7,327 nucleotides of DNA from Naegleria gruberi (lineage: Eukaryota), in NCBI GenBank assembly GCA_000004985.1, contig GG739146.1; one strand, given 5' to 3'. The position numbers were made by a program, and so were the translations under genes. The notes under the pieces are model-generated. The model was not told the origin of the DNA. It made no database searches and saw nothing but the letters and a program-made list of their open reading frames with translations. Every line of letters begins with the position of its first letter. The first letter of the stretch is position 1. Shown one piece after another: positions 1 to 7,327 of the stretch.

Positions 1-142
1 ATTGAGAAATTAACATTTGTTGAATAAAATATTATCGTTACAGATTCTTTTCAAATGGAGTTGAGTTTACTTGCCAAATCAAAATTGAAAGATGAAATAC
101 TTTAAATTTTAAAAAAAAACAATTTTAATTTCCCCAAATCTT

Positions 143-168
143 GTCAAACTTGAAGTAAACGTGCTGTA
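143..168. repeat. Copy A of a 26-bp direct repeat, gtcaaaCttgaagtaaacgtgctgta
   Basis: Read directly from the sequence. It matches 367-392 at 25 of 26 positions (C/T difference at 149 vs 373). The flanks diverge immediately on both sides, so the block has sharp boundaries. Confidence 0.8.
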
Positions 169-362
169 AGGTAGTTTTGAAATCTGACTTCAAATTATGA
201 ATCCTCGCATTAACACACCCCTTGGGGTGGCAGCATTCTCAAAAATATGTAGAAATGAGTAAGAACGAGTGGTTAGGTGTTGTTCTATTGAAATGCTTAT
301 TTTGGATTTGACAGCAGAAGAACAACAAAATTTTTTCTAAATAATTTATTTTCTTTCAAAAA

Positions 363-368
363 ACGCGT
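363..368. promoter_or_regulatory. ACGCGT hexamer (MluI cell-cycle box / MCB-type element), about 465 bp upstream of the ATG at 831
   Basis: Exact palindromic ACGCGT in the context aaaACGCGTcaaa. The MCB core ACGCGT is the established binding site of MBF (Mbp1-Swi6) in budding yeasts. A single hexamer is weak evidence. Confidence 0.2.
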
Positions 369-392
369 CAAATTTGAAGTAAACGTGCTGTA
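367..392. repeat. Copy B of the 26-bp direct repeat, gtcaaaTttgaagtaaacgtgctgta
   Basis: Same-orientation copy 224 bp downstream of copy A, 25/26 identical. Its 5' end overlaps the ACGCGT hexamer at 363-368. Confidence 0.8.
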
Positions 393-830
393 TTATTTGT
401 CTATGTTGATGATATTTGTATTAATTGATATGATTCAATAATATTCCGAAGCTTTACATCACTGTACAAGTAGCCACGTAACAAAATTGCGTCCCAACAA
501 ATTCATTTTTTATATTTGCAACGGCTAGCGATGGCGGTACGCAACTAGTAAGAACTAACCACGAAAAGCTTGATACCAATCGGCAGCAAACTGCTGCTCC
601 TGTGGAGAACCCTGATTGGAACCAAGTAACGAGAGGGAGACTCGCTCTCCACTCCTCTTTTACTTTATTCGAAAAATGGTGGTACTTTCTGGAGTGTCCC
701 CATTTGGACATGGGGATGGTCCATTCTCTGGCTGTTCTTATCGAAGTTTACTGAGATAAAGTAGTGTTTCTTGAAAACAACAATTGAATAAACTAATAAT
801 AGAAAGTATGCTCAAAAAAATTGTCATACT

Positions 831-1375
831 ATGGTCGCTAAGAAGCCTCAAGATATTGACTCCTCTTCATCTGATGAAGATCTCCCAGCAGTTGAAGTAG
901 AATACCCCACAACACCAGTGAAAGCAAGAAAACAACAAGCTGCTAAGAAGCTTAGAAAGTTAAAGGCCATGTCACCTGTAGCTAATAGAAATAAGCGCAA
1001 ACAATCTACTTCAGTTTCATCATCTAACAGTGCCTTAGATGATGGTATTTCAACTGTTGTTTCCAGTTCGTTGCTAAGCAATTCAACTTTGTTGGATAGT
1101 TCTTCAACTGCACCCTCTTCGTCAAACAATTCGTCTTCTTCCAATTCAGGTAGAGATAGTTTTGCCAGTAGTTCATCTGAACATGATATCATGGCGATCA
1201 AAGCCCAAATGCAAGAAATGATTGGAGTTTTGAGAACCGTAACAGGAAATATCTCTGAACTTACTAAGAAAGTTCAGGAGAGAGAAGAAGAATCAGATGA
1301 TGATTTTGTTAATCCAGAAGCTATATCTCCAGAAGTTTGGTTACGTCAAACTTATAGAGACCTTAGAAGTTCTTA
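831..1375 (+). CDS. 5' part of a gene for a Ser-rich, hydrophilic protein with basic NLS-like clusters; truncated by the assembly gap (3' end not in the readable sequence)
   Basis: ATG at 831 in an A-rich context (A at -3). The open frame runs uninterrupted to the gap edge. Codon use is yeast-like: Arg is almost all AGA, with TTG, GAA and AAG favoured. The protein begins MVAKKPQDIDSSSSDEDL, has basic patches KARKQQAAKKLRKLK and NRNKRKQ, and a predicted helical, charged segment AIKAQMQEMIGVLRTV...KKVQEREEESDDD. There is no N-terminal hydrophobic signal peptide. The antisense ORF 848-1201 is the mirror of the Ser-codon tracts and is less likely. Confidence 0.6.
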
Positions 1376-4300
1376 NNNNNNNNNNNNNNNNNNNNNNNNN
1401 NNNNNNNNNNNNNNNNNNNNNNNNNNNNNNNNNNNNNNNNNNNNNNNNNNNNNNNNNNNNNNNNNNNNNNNNNNNNNNNNNNNNNNNNNNNNNNNNNNNN
1501 NNNNNNNNNNNNNNNNNNNNNNNNNNNNNNNNNNNNNNNNNNNNNNNNNNNNNNNNNNNNNNNNNNNNNNNNNNNNNNNNNNNNNNNNNNNNNNNNNNNN
1601 NNNNNNNNNNNNNNNNNNNNNNNNNNNNNNNNNNNNNNNNNNNNNNNNNNNNNNNNNNNNNNNNNNNNNNNNNNNNNNNNNNNNNNNNNNNNNNNNNNNN
1701 NNNNNNNNNNNNNNNNNNNNNNNNNNNNNNNNNNNNNNNNNNNNNNNNNNNNNNNNNNNNNNNNNNNNNNNNNNNNNNNNNNNNNNNNNNNNNNNNNNNN
1801 NNNNNNNNNNNNNNNNNNNNNNNNNNNNNNNNNNNNNNNNNNNNNNNNNNNNNNNNNNNNNNNNNNNNNNNNNNNNNNNNNNNNNNNNNNNNNNNNNNNN
1901 NNNNNNNNNNNNNNNNNNNNNNNNNNNNNNNNNNNNNNNNNNNNNNNNNNNNNNNNNNNNNNNNNNNNNNNNNNNNNNNNNNNNNNNNNNNNNNNNNNNN
2001 NNNNNNNNNNNNNNNNNNNNNNNNNNNNNNNNNNNNNNNNNNNNNNNNNNNNNNNNNNNNNNNNNNNNNNNNNNNNNNNNNNNNNNNNNNNNNNNNNNNN
2101 NNNNNNNNNNNNNNNNNNNNNNNNNNNNNNNNNNNNNNNNNNNNNNNNNNNNNNNNNNNNNNNNNNNNNNNNNNNNNNNNNNNNNNNNNNNNNNNNNNNN
2201 NNNNNNNNNNNNNNNNNNNNNNNNNNNNNNNNNNNNNNNNNNNNNNNNNNNNNNNNNNNNNNNNNNNNNNNNNNNNNNNNNNNNNNNNNNNNNNNNNNNN
2301 NNNNNNNNNNNNNNNNNNNNNNNNNNNNNNNNNNNNNNNNNNNNNNNNNNNNNNNNNNNNNNNNNNNNNNNNNNNNNNNNNNNNNNNNNNNNNNNNNNNN
2401 NNNNNNNNNNNNNNNNNNNNNNNNNNNNNNNNNNNNNNNNNNNNNNNNNNNNNNNNNNNNNNNNNNNNNNNNNNNNNNNNNNNNNNNNNNNNNNNNNNNN
2501 NNNNNNNNNNNNNNNNNNNNNNNNNNNNNNNNNNNNNNNNNNNNNNNNNNNNNNNNNNNNNNNNNNNNNNNNNNNNNNNNNNNNNNNNNNNNNNNNNNNN
2601 NNNNNNNNNNNNNNNNNNNNNNNNNNNNNNNNNNNNNNNNNNNNNNNNNNNNNNNNNNNNNNNNNNNNNNNNNNNNNNNNNNNNNNNNNNNNNNNNNNNN
2701 NNNNNNNNNNNNNNNNNNNNNNNNNNNNNNNNNNNNNNNNNNNNNNNNNNNNNNNNNNNNNNNNNNNNNNNNNNNNNNNNNNNNNNNNNNNNNNNNNNNN
2801 NNNNNNNNNNNNNNNNNNNNNNNNNNNNNNNNNNNNNNNNNNNNNNNNNNNNNNNNNNNNNNNNNNNNNNNNNNNNNNNNNNNNNNNNNNNNNNNNNNNN
2901 NNNNNNNNNNNNNNNNNNNNNNNNNNNNNNNNNNNNNNNNNNNNNNNNNNNNNNNNNNNNNNNNNNNNNNNNNNNNNNNNNNNNNNNNNNNNNNNNNNNN
3001 NNNNNNNNNNNNNNNNNNNNNNNNNNNNNNNNNNNNNNNNNNNNNNNNNNNNNNNNNNNNNNNNNNNNNNNNNNNNNNNNNNNNNNNNNNNNNNNNNNNN
3101 NNNNNNNNNNNNNNNNNNNNNNNNNNNNNNNNNNNNNNNNNNNNNNNNNNNNNNNNNNNNNNNNNNNNNNNNNNNNNNNNNNNNNNNNNNNNNNNNNNNN
3201 NNNNNNNNNNNNNNNNNNNNNNNNNNNNNNNNNNNNNNNNNNNNNNNNNNNNNNNNNNNNNNNNNNNNNNNNNNNNNNNNNNNNNNNNNNNNNNNNNNNN
3301 NNNNNNNNNNNNNNNNNNNNNNNNNNNNNNNNNNNNNNNNNNNNNNNNNNNNNNNNNNNNNNNNNNNNNNNNNNNNNNNNNNNNNNNNNNNNNNNNNNNN
3401 NNNNNNNNNNNNNNNNNNNNNNNNNNNNNNNNNNNNNNNNNNNNNNNNNNNNNNNNNNNNNNNNNNNNNNNNNNNNNNNNNNNNNNNNNNNNNNNNNNNN
3501 NNNNNNNNNNNNNNNNNNNNNNNNNNNNNNNNNNNNNNNNNNNNNNNNNNNNNNNNNNNNNNNNNNNNNNNNNNNNNNNNNNNNNNNNNNNNNNNNNNNN
3601 NNNNNNNNNNNNNNNNNNNNNNNNNNNNNNNNNNNNNNNNNNNNNNNNNNNNNNNNNNNNNNNNNNNNNNNNNNNNNNNNNNNNNNNNNNNNNNNNNNNN
3701 NNNNNNNNNNNNNNNNNNNNNNNNNNNNNNNNNNNNNNNNNNNNNNNNNNNNNNNNNNNNNNNNNNNNNNNNNNNNNNNNNNNNNNNNNNNNNNNNNNNN
3801 NNNNNNNNNNNNNNNNNNNNNNNNNNNNNNNNNNNNNNNNNNNNNNNNNNNNNNNNNNNNNNNNNNNNNNNNNNNNNNNNNNNNNNNNNNNNNNNNNNNN
3901 NNNNNNNNNNNNNNNNNNNNNNNNNNNNNNNNNNNNNNNNNNNNNNNNNNNNNNNNNNNNNNNNNNNNNNNNNNNNNNNNNNNNNNNNNNNNNNNNNNNN
4001 NNNNNNNNNNNNNNNNNNNNNNNNNNNNNNNNNNNNNNNNNNNNNNNNNNNNNNNNNNNNNNNNNNNNNNNNNNNNNNNNNNNNNNNNNNNNNNNNNNNN
4101 NNNNNNNNNNNNNNNNNNNNNNNNNNNNNNNNNNNNNNNNNNNNNNNNNNNNNNNNNNNNNNNNNNNNNNNNNNNNNNNNNNNNNNNNNNNNNNNNNNNN
4201 NNNNNNNNNNNNNNNNNNNNNNNNNNNNNNNNNNNNNNNNNNNNNNNNNNNNNNNNNNNNNNNNNNNNNNNNNNNNNNNNNNNNNNNNNNNNNNNNNNNN

Positions 4301-6358
4301 NNNNNNNNNNNNNNNNNNNNNNNNNNNNNNNNNNNNNNNNNNNNNNNNNNNNNNNNNNNNNNNNNNNNNNNNNNNNNNNNNNNNNNNNNNNNNNNNNNNN
4401 NNNNNNNNNNNNNNNNNNNNNNNNNNNNNNNNNNNNNNNNNNNNNNNNNNNNNNNNNNNNNNNNNNNNNNNNNNNNNNNNNNNNNNNNNNNNNNNNNNNN
4501 NNNNNNNNNNNNNNNNNNNNNNNNNNNNNNNNNNNNNNNNNNNNNNNNNNNNNNNNNNNNNNNNNNNNNNNNNNNNNNNNNNNNNNNNNNNNNNNNNNNN
4601 NNNNNNNNNNNNNNNNNNNNNNNNNNNNNNNNNNNNNNNNNNNNNNNNNNNNNNNNNNNNNNNNNNNNNNNNNNNNNNNNNNNNNNNNNNNNNNNNNNNN
4701 NNNNNNNNNNNNNNNNNNNNNNNNNNNNNNNNNNNNNNNNNNNNNNNNNNNNNNNNNNNNNNNNNNNNNNNNNNNNNNNNNNNNNNNNNNNNNNNNNNNN
4801 NNNNNNNNNNNNNNNNNNNNNNNNNNNNNNNNNNNNNNNNNNNNNNNNNNNNNNNNNNNNNNNNNNNNNNNNNNNNNNNNNNNNNNNNNNNNNNNNNNNN
4901 NNNNNNNNNNNNNNNNNNNNNNNNNNNNNNNNNNNNNNNNNNNNNNNNNNNNNNNNNNNNNNNNNNNNNNNNNNNNNNNNNNNNNNNNNNNNNNNNNNNN
5001 NNNNNNNNNNNNNNNNNNNNNNNNNNNNNNNNNNNNNNNNNNNNNNNNNNNNNNNNNNNNNNNNNNNNNNNNNNNNNNNNNNNNNNNNNNNNNNNNNNNN
5101 NNNNNNNNNNNNNNNNNNNNNNNNNNNNNNNNNNNNNNNNNNNNNNNNNNNNNNNNNNNNNNNNNNNNNNNNNNNNNNNNNNNNNNNNNNNNNNNNNNNN
5201 NNNNNNNNNNNNNNNNNNNNNNNNNNNNNNNNNNNNNNNNNNNNNNNNNNNNNNNNNNNNNNNNNNNNNNNNNNNNNNNNNNNNNNNNNNNNNNNNNNNN
5301 NNNNNNNNNNNNNNNNNNNNNNNNNNNNNNNNNNNNNNNNNNNNNNNNNNNNNNNNNNNNNNNNNNNNNNNNNNNNNNNNNNNNNNNNNNNNNNNNNNNN
5401 NNNNNNNNNNNNNNNNNNNNNNNNNNNNNNNNNNNNNNNNNNNNNNNNNNNNNNNNNNNNNNNNNNNNNNNNNNNNNNNNNNNNNNNNNNNNNNNNNNNN
5501 NNNNNNNNNNNNNNNNNNNNNNNNNNNNNNNNNNNNNNNNNNNNNNNNNNNNNNNNNNNNNNNNNNNNNNNNNNNNNNNNNNNNNNNNNNNNNNNNNNNN
5601 NNNNNNNNNNNNNNNNNNNNNNNNNNNNNNNNNNNNNNNNNNNNNNNNNNNNNNNNNNNNNNNNNNNNNNNNNNNNNNNNNNNNNNNNNNNNNNNNNNNN
5701 NNNNNNNNNNNNNNNNNNNNNNNNNNNNNNNNNNNNNNNNNNNNNNNNNNNNNNNNNNNNNNNNNNNNNNNNNNNNNNNNNNNNNNNNNNNNNNNNNNNN
5801 NNNNNNNNNNNNNNNNNNNNNNNNNNNNNNNNNNNNNNNNNNNNNNNNNNNNNNNNNNNNNNNNNNNNNNNNNNNNNNNNNNNNNNNNNNNNNNNNNNNN
5901 NNNNNNNNNNNNNNNNNNNNNNNNNNNNNNNNNNNNNNNNNNNNNNNNNNNNNNNNNNNNNNNNNNNNNNNNNNNNNNNNNNNNNNNNNNNNNNNNNNNN
6001 NNNNNNNNNNNNNNNNNNNNNNNNNNNNNNNNNNNNNNNNNNNNNNNNNNNNNNNNNNNNNNNNNNNNNNNNNNNNNNNNNNNNNNNNNNNNNNNNNNNN
6101 NNNNNNNNNNNNNNNNNNNNNNNNNNNNNNNNNNNNNNNNNNNNNNNNNNNNNNNNNNNNNNNNNNNNNNNNNNNNNNNNNNNNNNNNNNNNNNNNNNNN
6201 NNNNNNNNNNNNNNNNNNNNNNNNNNNNNNNNNNNNNNNNNNNNNNNNNNNNNNNNNNNNNNNNNNNNNNNNNNNNNNNNNNNNNNNNNNNNNNNNNNNN
6301 NNNNNNNNNNNNNNNNNNNNNNNNNNNNNNNNNNNNNNNNNNNNNNNNNNNNNNNNNN
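1376..6358. other. Assembly gap: 4,983 consecutive Ns, with one further N at 6385
   Basis: Directly visible. The length is not a multiple of 3 and not a round number, which suggests an estimated scaffold gap in a draft assembly. The content is unknown. The ORF track shows long poly-X ORFs on both strands (1341-6362 minus; 831-6398 and 1297-6393 plus), which confirms they carry no coding signal. Confidence 0.95.
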
Positions 6359-6468
6359 ACAACTTGGTTTATTGTCAGATTGCTNTAATTTAGTTTAGTT
6401 TTTGCTTTTTGTTAAGAAATCATAGTATGATTGTATTGATTAGTTTATTTAATTTCTGGACCTGCTGA

Positions 6469-6474
6469 ATAAAG
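6469..6474 (+). promoter_or_regulatory. AATAAA hexamer in an AT-rich 3' flank; possible 3'-end processing element for a gene emerging from the gap
   Basis: The motif is present in ctgAATAAAgctt, about 75-85 nt downstream of the first in-frame stops after the gap (TAG at 6391-6393 or 6396-6398, depending on the unknown frame). Yeast polyadenylation signals are degenerate, so support is weak. Confidence 0.15.
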
Positions 6475-6648
6475 CTTAATGCCTAAAAACAGCAGTAACC
6501 AGGCTACAAACTACCTAAGAATAGGTAGAAGTTGTAGTGTGAGCTTTATATCCATTAGTTTATTTATTGTTGGTTTTCTTTTAAGAAACATATCAACTGA
6601 TGGGTAAAAACCACAAACAAACCAACTAGCTGTGACCTTTCAAAAAAA

Positions 6649-7104
6649 ATGCAAAGACCAAACATTTCACAGGATTTAGAGTCTCACATTTCCAGCAGCA
6701 CATCAACAGCTTCATTTTCCAACTTACCTTACGTTAATTCAGAGAAACATCTAATCAAGTCAAATGTCAATGGCAAGTCAAGATGTAATTTACCTACAAT
6801 TCTCTTACTATTATTCATCCTCACAAGTTTGGTGATGATTTTTTATTTGACGTCCAAGCGAGGAGTAAGAGGAGAAGCCAGAGTATTCCCTGTCACTTAT
6901 CTAGATGTCGATTTCACAAATTCTGAAAATTTAAAACTCAACCGAGTGAGAGGTCTTTGTAAAATATTCTTATCAACCTATTATTTGTTTAATTATAATG
7001 AAAAATCACCTAATTATGTTCCACCAACAGTTATTGGTGCTGACGGTGCTCCTGAAGCAAAATATAGTAAGTTTGATGGTTGGCATTTAATTAGTGAAAA
7101 TTGA
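6649..7104 (+). CDS. Putative type II (N-in) single-pass membrane protein, 151 aa as annotated. Ser-rich cytosolic tail, transmembrane segment LPTILLLLFILTSLVMIFYL encoded at 6790-6849, lumenal domain. Possibly the N-terminal part of a Golgi-type glycosyltransferase.
   Basis: ATG in the context ttcaaaaaaaATGc. Codon use is yeast-like (AGA for Arg). One 20-residue hydrophobic stretch has K/R on both sides (KSR before; KRGVRGEAR after), an architecture typical of fungal Golgi glycosyltransferases. The frame ends at TGA 7102-7104 but continues open in the same frame (see 7105-7302). Confidence 0.5.
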   Translation: MQRPNISQDLESHISSSTSTASFSNLPYVNSEKHLIKSNVNGKSRCNLPTILLLLFILTSLVMIFYLTSKRGVRGEARVFPVTYLDVDFTNSENLKLNRVRGLCKIFLSTYYLFNYNEKSPNYVPPTVIGADGAPEAKYSKFDGWHLISEN

Positions 7105-7302
7105 CATGTGAAATGTAAAGCTCATTGGAAGAAGATTGAGAGGACTTTTCAATTTTTATCGGGTGGAGAGTCTAACTATATTGATGATCATGATATTATT
7201 GTTTTCAGTGATGCAACAGATGTTTTATTCATCAATAATATTGAAAATGTCAAGAAAGTATACGAAACTTACTATATCAAGGAAATTGCTAATATTGATT
7301 GA
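7105..7302 (+). pseudogene. In-frame continuation of the 6649-7104 reading frame beyond its TGA stop (65 codons, ends TGA 7300-7302), containing a GT-A/GT32-like glycosyltransferase motif. Interpreted as the remainder of an interrupted glycosyltransferase gene: pseudogene or draft sequencing error.
   Basis: Both the 6649 and 7108 ORFs are in frame 1. The translation reads ...DGWHLISEN*HVKCKAHWKKIERTFQFLSGGESNYIDDHDIIVFSDATDVLFINN.... The track's ORF at 7108 starts on GTG, not ATG, so it is not an independent eukaryotic gene. The pattern R-x-F-x-F-L-x-G-G-(x)-Y-I-D-D-H-D followed by hhh-F-S-D-A-T-D-V-h resembles, from memory, the D-L-L-R-Y-x-x-L-x-x-x-G-G-x-Y-x-D-x-D signature of the Och1/Sur1/Gb3-synthase family (GT32, Pfam Gly_transf_sug) and generic GT-A DxD motifs. 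A stop only about 27 codons after the motif is far too early for a complete GT-A domain. Confidence 0.3.
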
Positions 7303-7327
7303 AAGATAGGAGAGAGATGGCCTATGG

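Noticed and set aside
267-300. gagtggttaggtgttgttc resembling a tRNA A-box/D-arm (AGTGGTtAG)
   Set aside because: There is no B-box (GGTTCGANTCC) within 30-60 nt downstream and no cloverleaf acceptor complementarity. It is not a tRNA.
651-670. cTCTTTTACTttatt resembling the invariant U5 snRNA loop-1 sequence (CCUUUUACU)
   Set aside because: It is only an 8-9-nt match. There is no flanking stem that would present it as an 11-nt loop and no downstream Sm site (RAUUUUUGR). The resemblance is probably coincidental, but Infernal on the 500-745 block would settle it.
454-711. 85-aa minus-strand ORF over the GC-richer block
   Set aside because: The composition is low-complexity and there is no recognisable domain. 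An ORF of that size in GC-richer sequence is expected by chance. The region is kept only as a candidate ncRNA or structured leader in the findings.
848-1201. 117-aa minus-strand ORF antisense to the Ser-rich gene
   Set aside because: It is the complement of Ser (TCN/AGY) and AGA-rich coding sequence, which automatically yields an open Glu/Asp/Leu-rich antisense frame. The plus-strand frame is longer, starts at a good ATG context and shows a yeast codon preference for AGA.
831-6398. 1,855-aa (+), 1,698-aa (+, 1297-6393) and 1,673-aa (-, 1341-6362) ORFs in the supplied track
   Set aside because: They exist only because runs of N translate as X and never give stop codons. The gap length (4,983) is not a multiple of 3 and is probably an estimate, so even the frame linkage between 831-1375 and 6359-6398 is meaningless. 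Only 831-1375 is real evidence.
6511-6528. Perfect 7-bp inverted repeat ctaccta-agaa-taggtag in the intergenic region
   Set aside because: Stems this short occur by chance many times per kb in AT-rich DNA. There is no U-tract, the context is eukaryotic, and there is no second copy. It is noted only for completeness, together with cacccc-tt-ggggtg (216-229) and tttgaa-atctgac-ttcaaa (176-194).
7067-7208. Possible intron: GTAAGT at 7067-7072, CTAAC branch-like at 7172-7176, TTTTCAG at 7202-7208, which would bypass the TGA at 7102
   Set aside because: Splicing 7066 to 7209 joins a|tg and reads ...EAKY-MMQQMFYSSIILKMSRKYTKLTISRKLLILIER*. That is a low-complexity tail which discards the conserved-looking FLSGGESNYIDDHDIIVFSDATDV segment. 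The branch site (gTCTAACt) is a poor match to TACTAAC. The unspliced in-frame reading is far more protein-like.
1-7327. Prokaryote-style systems (CRISPR arrays, toxin-antitoxin, restriction-modification, defence islands, integrons)
   Set aside because: The sequence context is eukaryotic: A-rich Kozak-like starts, AGA arginine usage, poly-Ser proteins, 250-800-bp AT-rich intergenic spacers and no Shine-Dalgarno sequences. There are no spacer-repeat periodicities and no operon-like gene packing. Any novel system would have to be hidden inside the N gap, where nothing can be read.

Overview
Only about 2.3 kb of this 7,327-nt window is readable: positions 1376-6358 are a single run of 4,983 Ns (an assembly gap), and there is one more N at 6385. 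The readable flanks look like nuclear DNA from a budding-yeast-like eukaryote. Intergenic DNA is AT-rich, start codons sit in A-rich contexts, arginine is encoded almost always by AGA, there are poly-Ser tracts, and no CTG codons occur in frame. There are no prokaryotic signals such as Shine-Dalgarno sequences, operon packing or CRISPR repeats. I can support three things. (1) The 5' end of a gene at 831-1375 (+) for a Ser-rich, hydrophilic protein with basic clusters and no signal peptide, which runs into the gap. The 1,855-, 1,698- and 1,673-aa ORFs in the track come from translating Ns as X and say nothing about what is in the gap. (2) An AT-rich upstream region carrying an exact MluI/MCB-type ACGCGT, a sharply bounded 26-bp direct repeat in two copies 224 bp apart (25/26 identical), and a locally GC-richer 250-bp block with several hairpins. 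(3) Downstream of the gap, a gene at 6649-7104 (+) for a probable type II membrane protein (47-aa N-tail, one transmembrane segment, lumenal domain). Its reading frame continues in frame past its TGA stop for another 65 codons. That extension contains a motif resembling the Och1/Sur1-type GT32 glycosyltransferase nucleotide-sugar/DxD signature, so the locus looks like an interrupted and truncated glycosyltransferase. It is either a pseudogene or a sequencing error in a draft assembly. I see no evidence for a defence island, biosynthetic cluster, mobile element or any other novel system in the readable part, and the gap cannot be interpreted at all.
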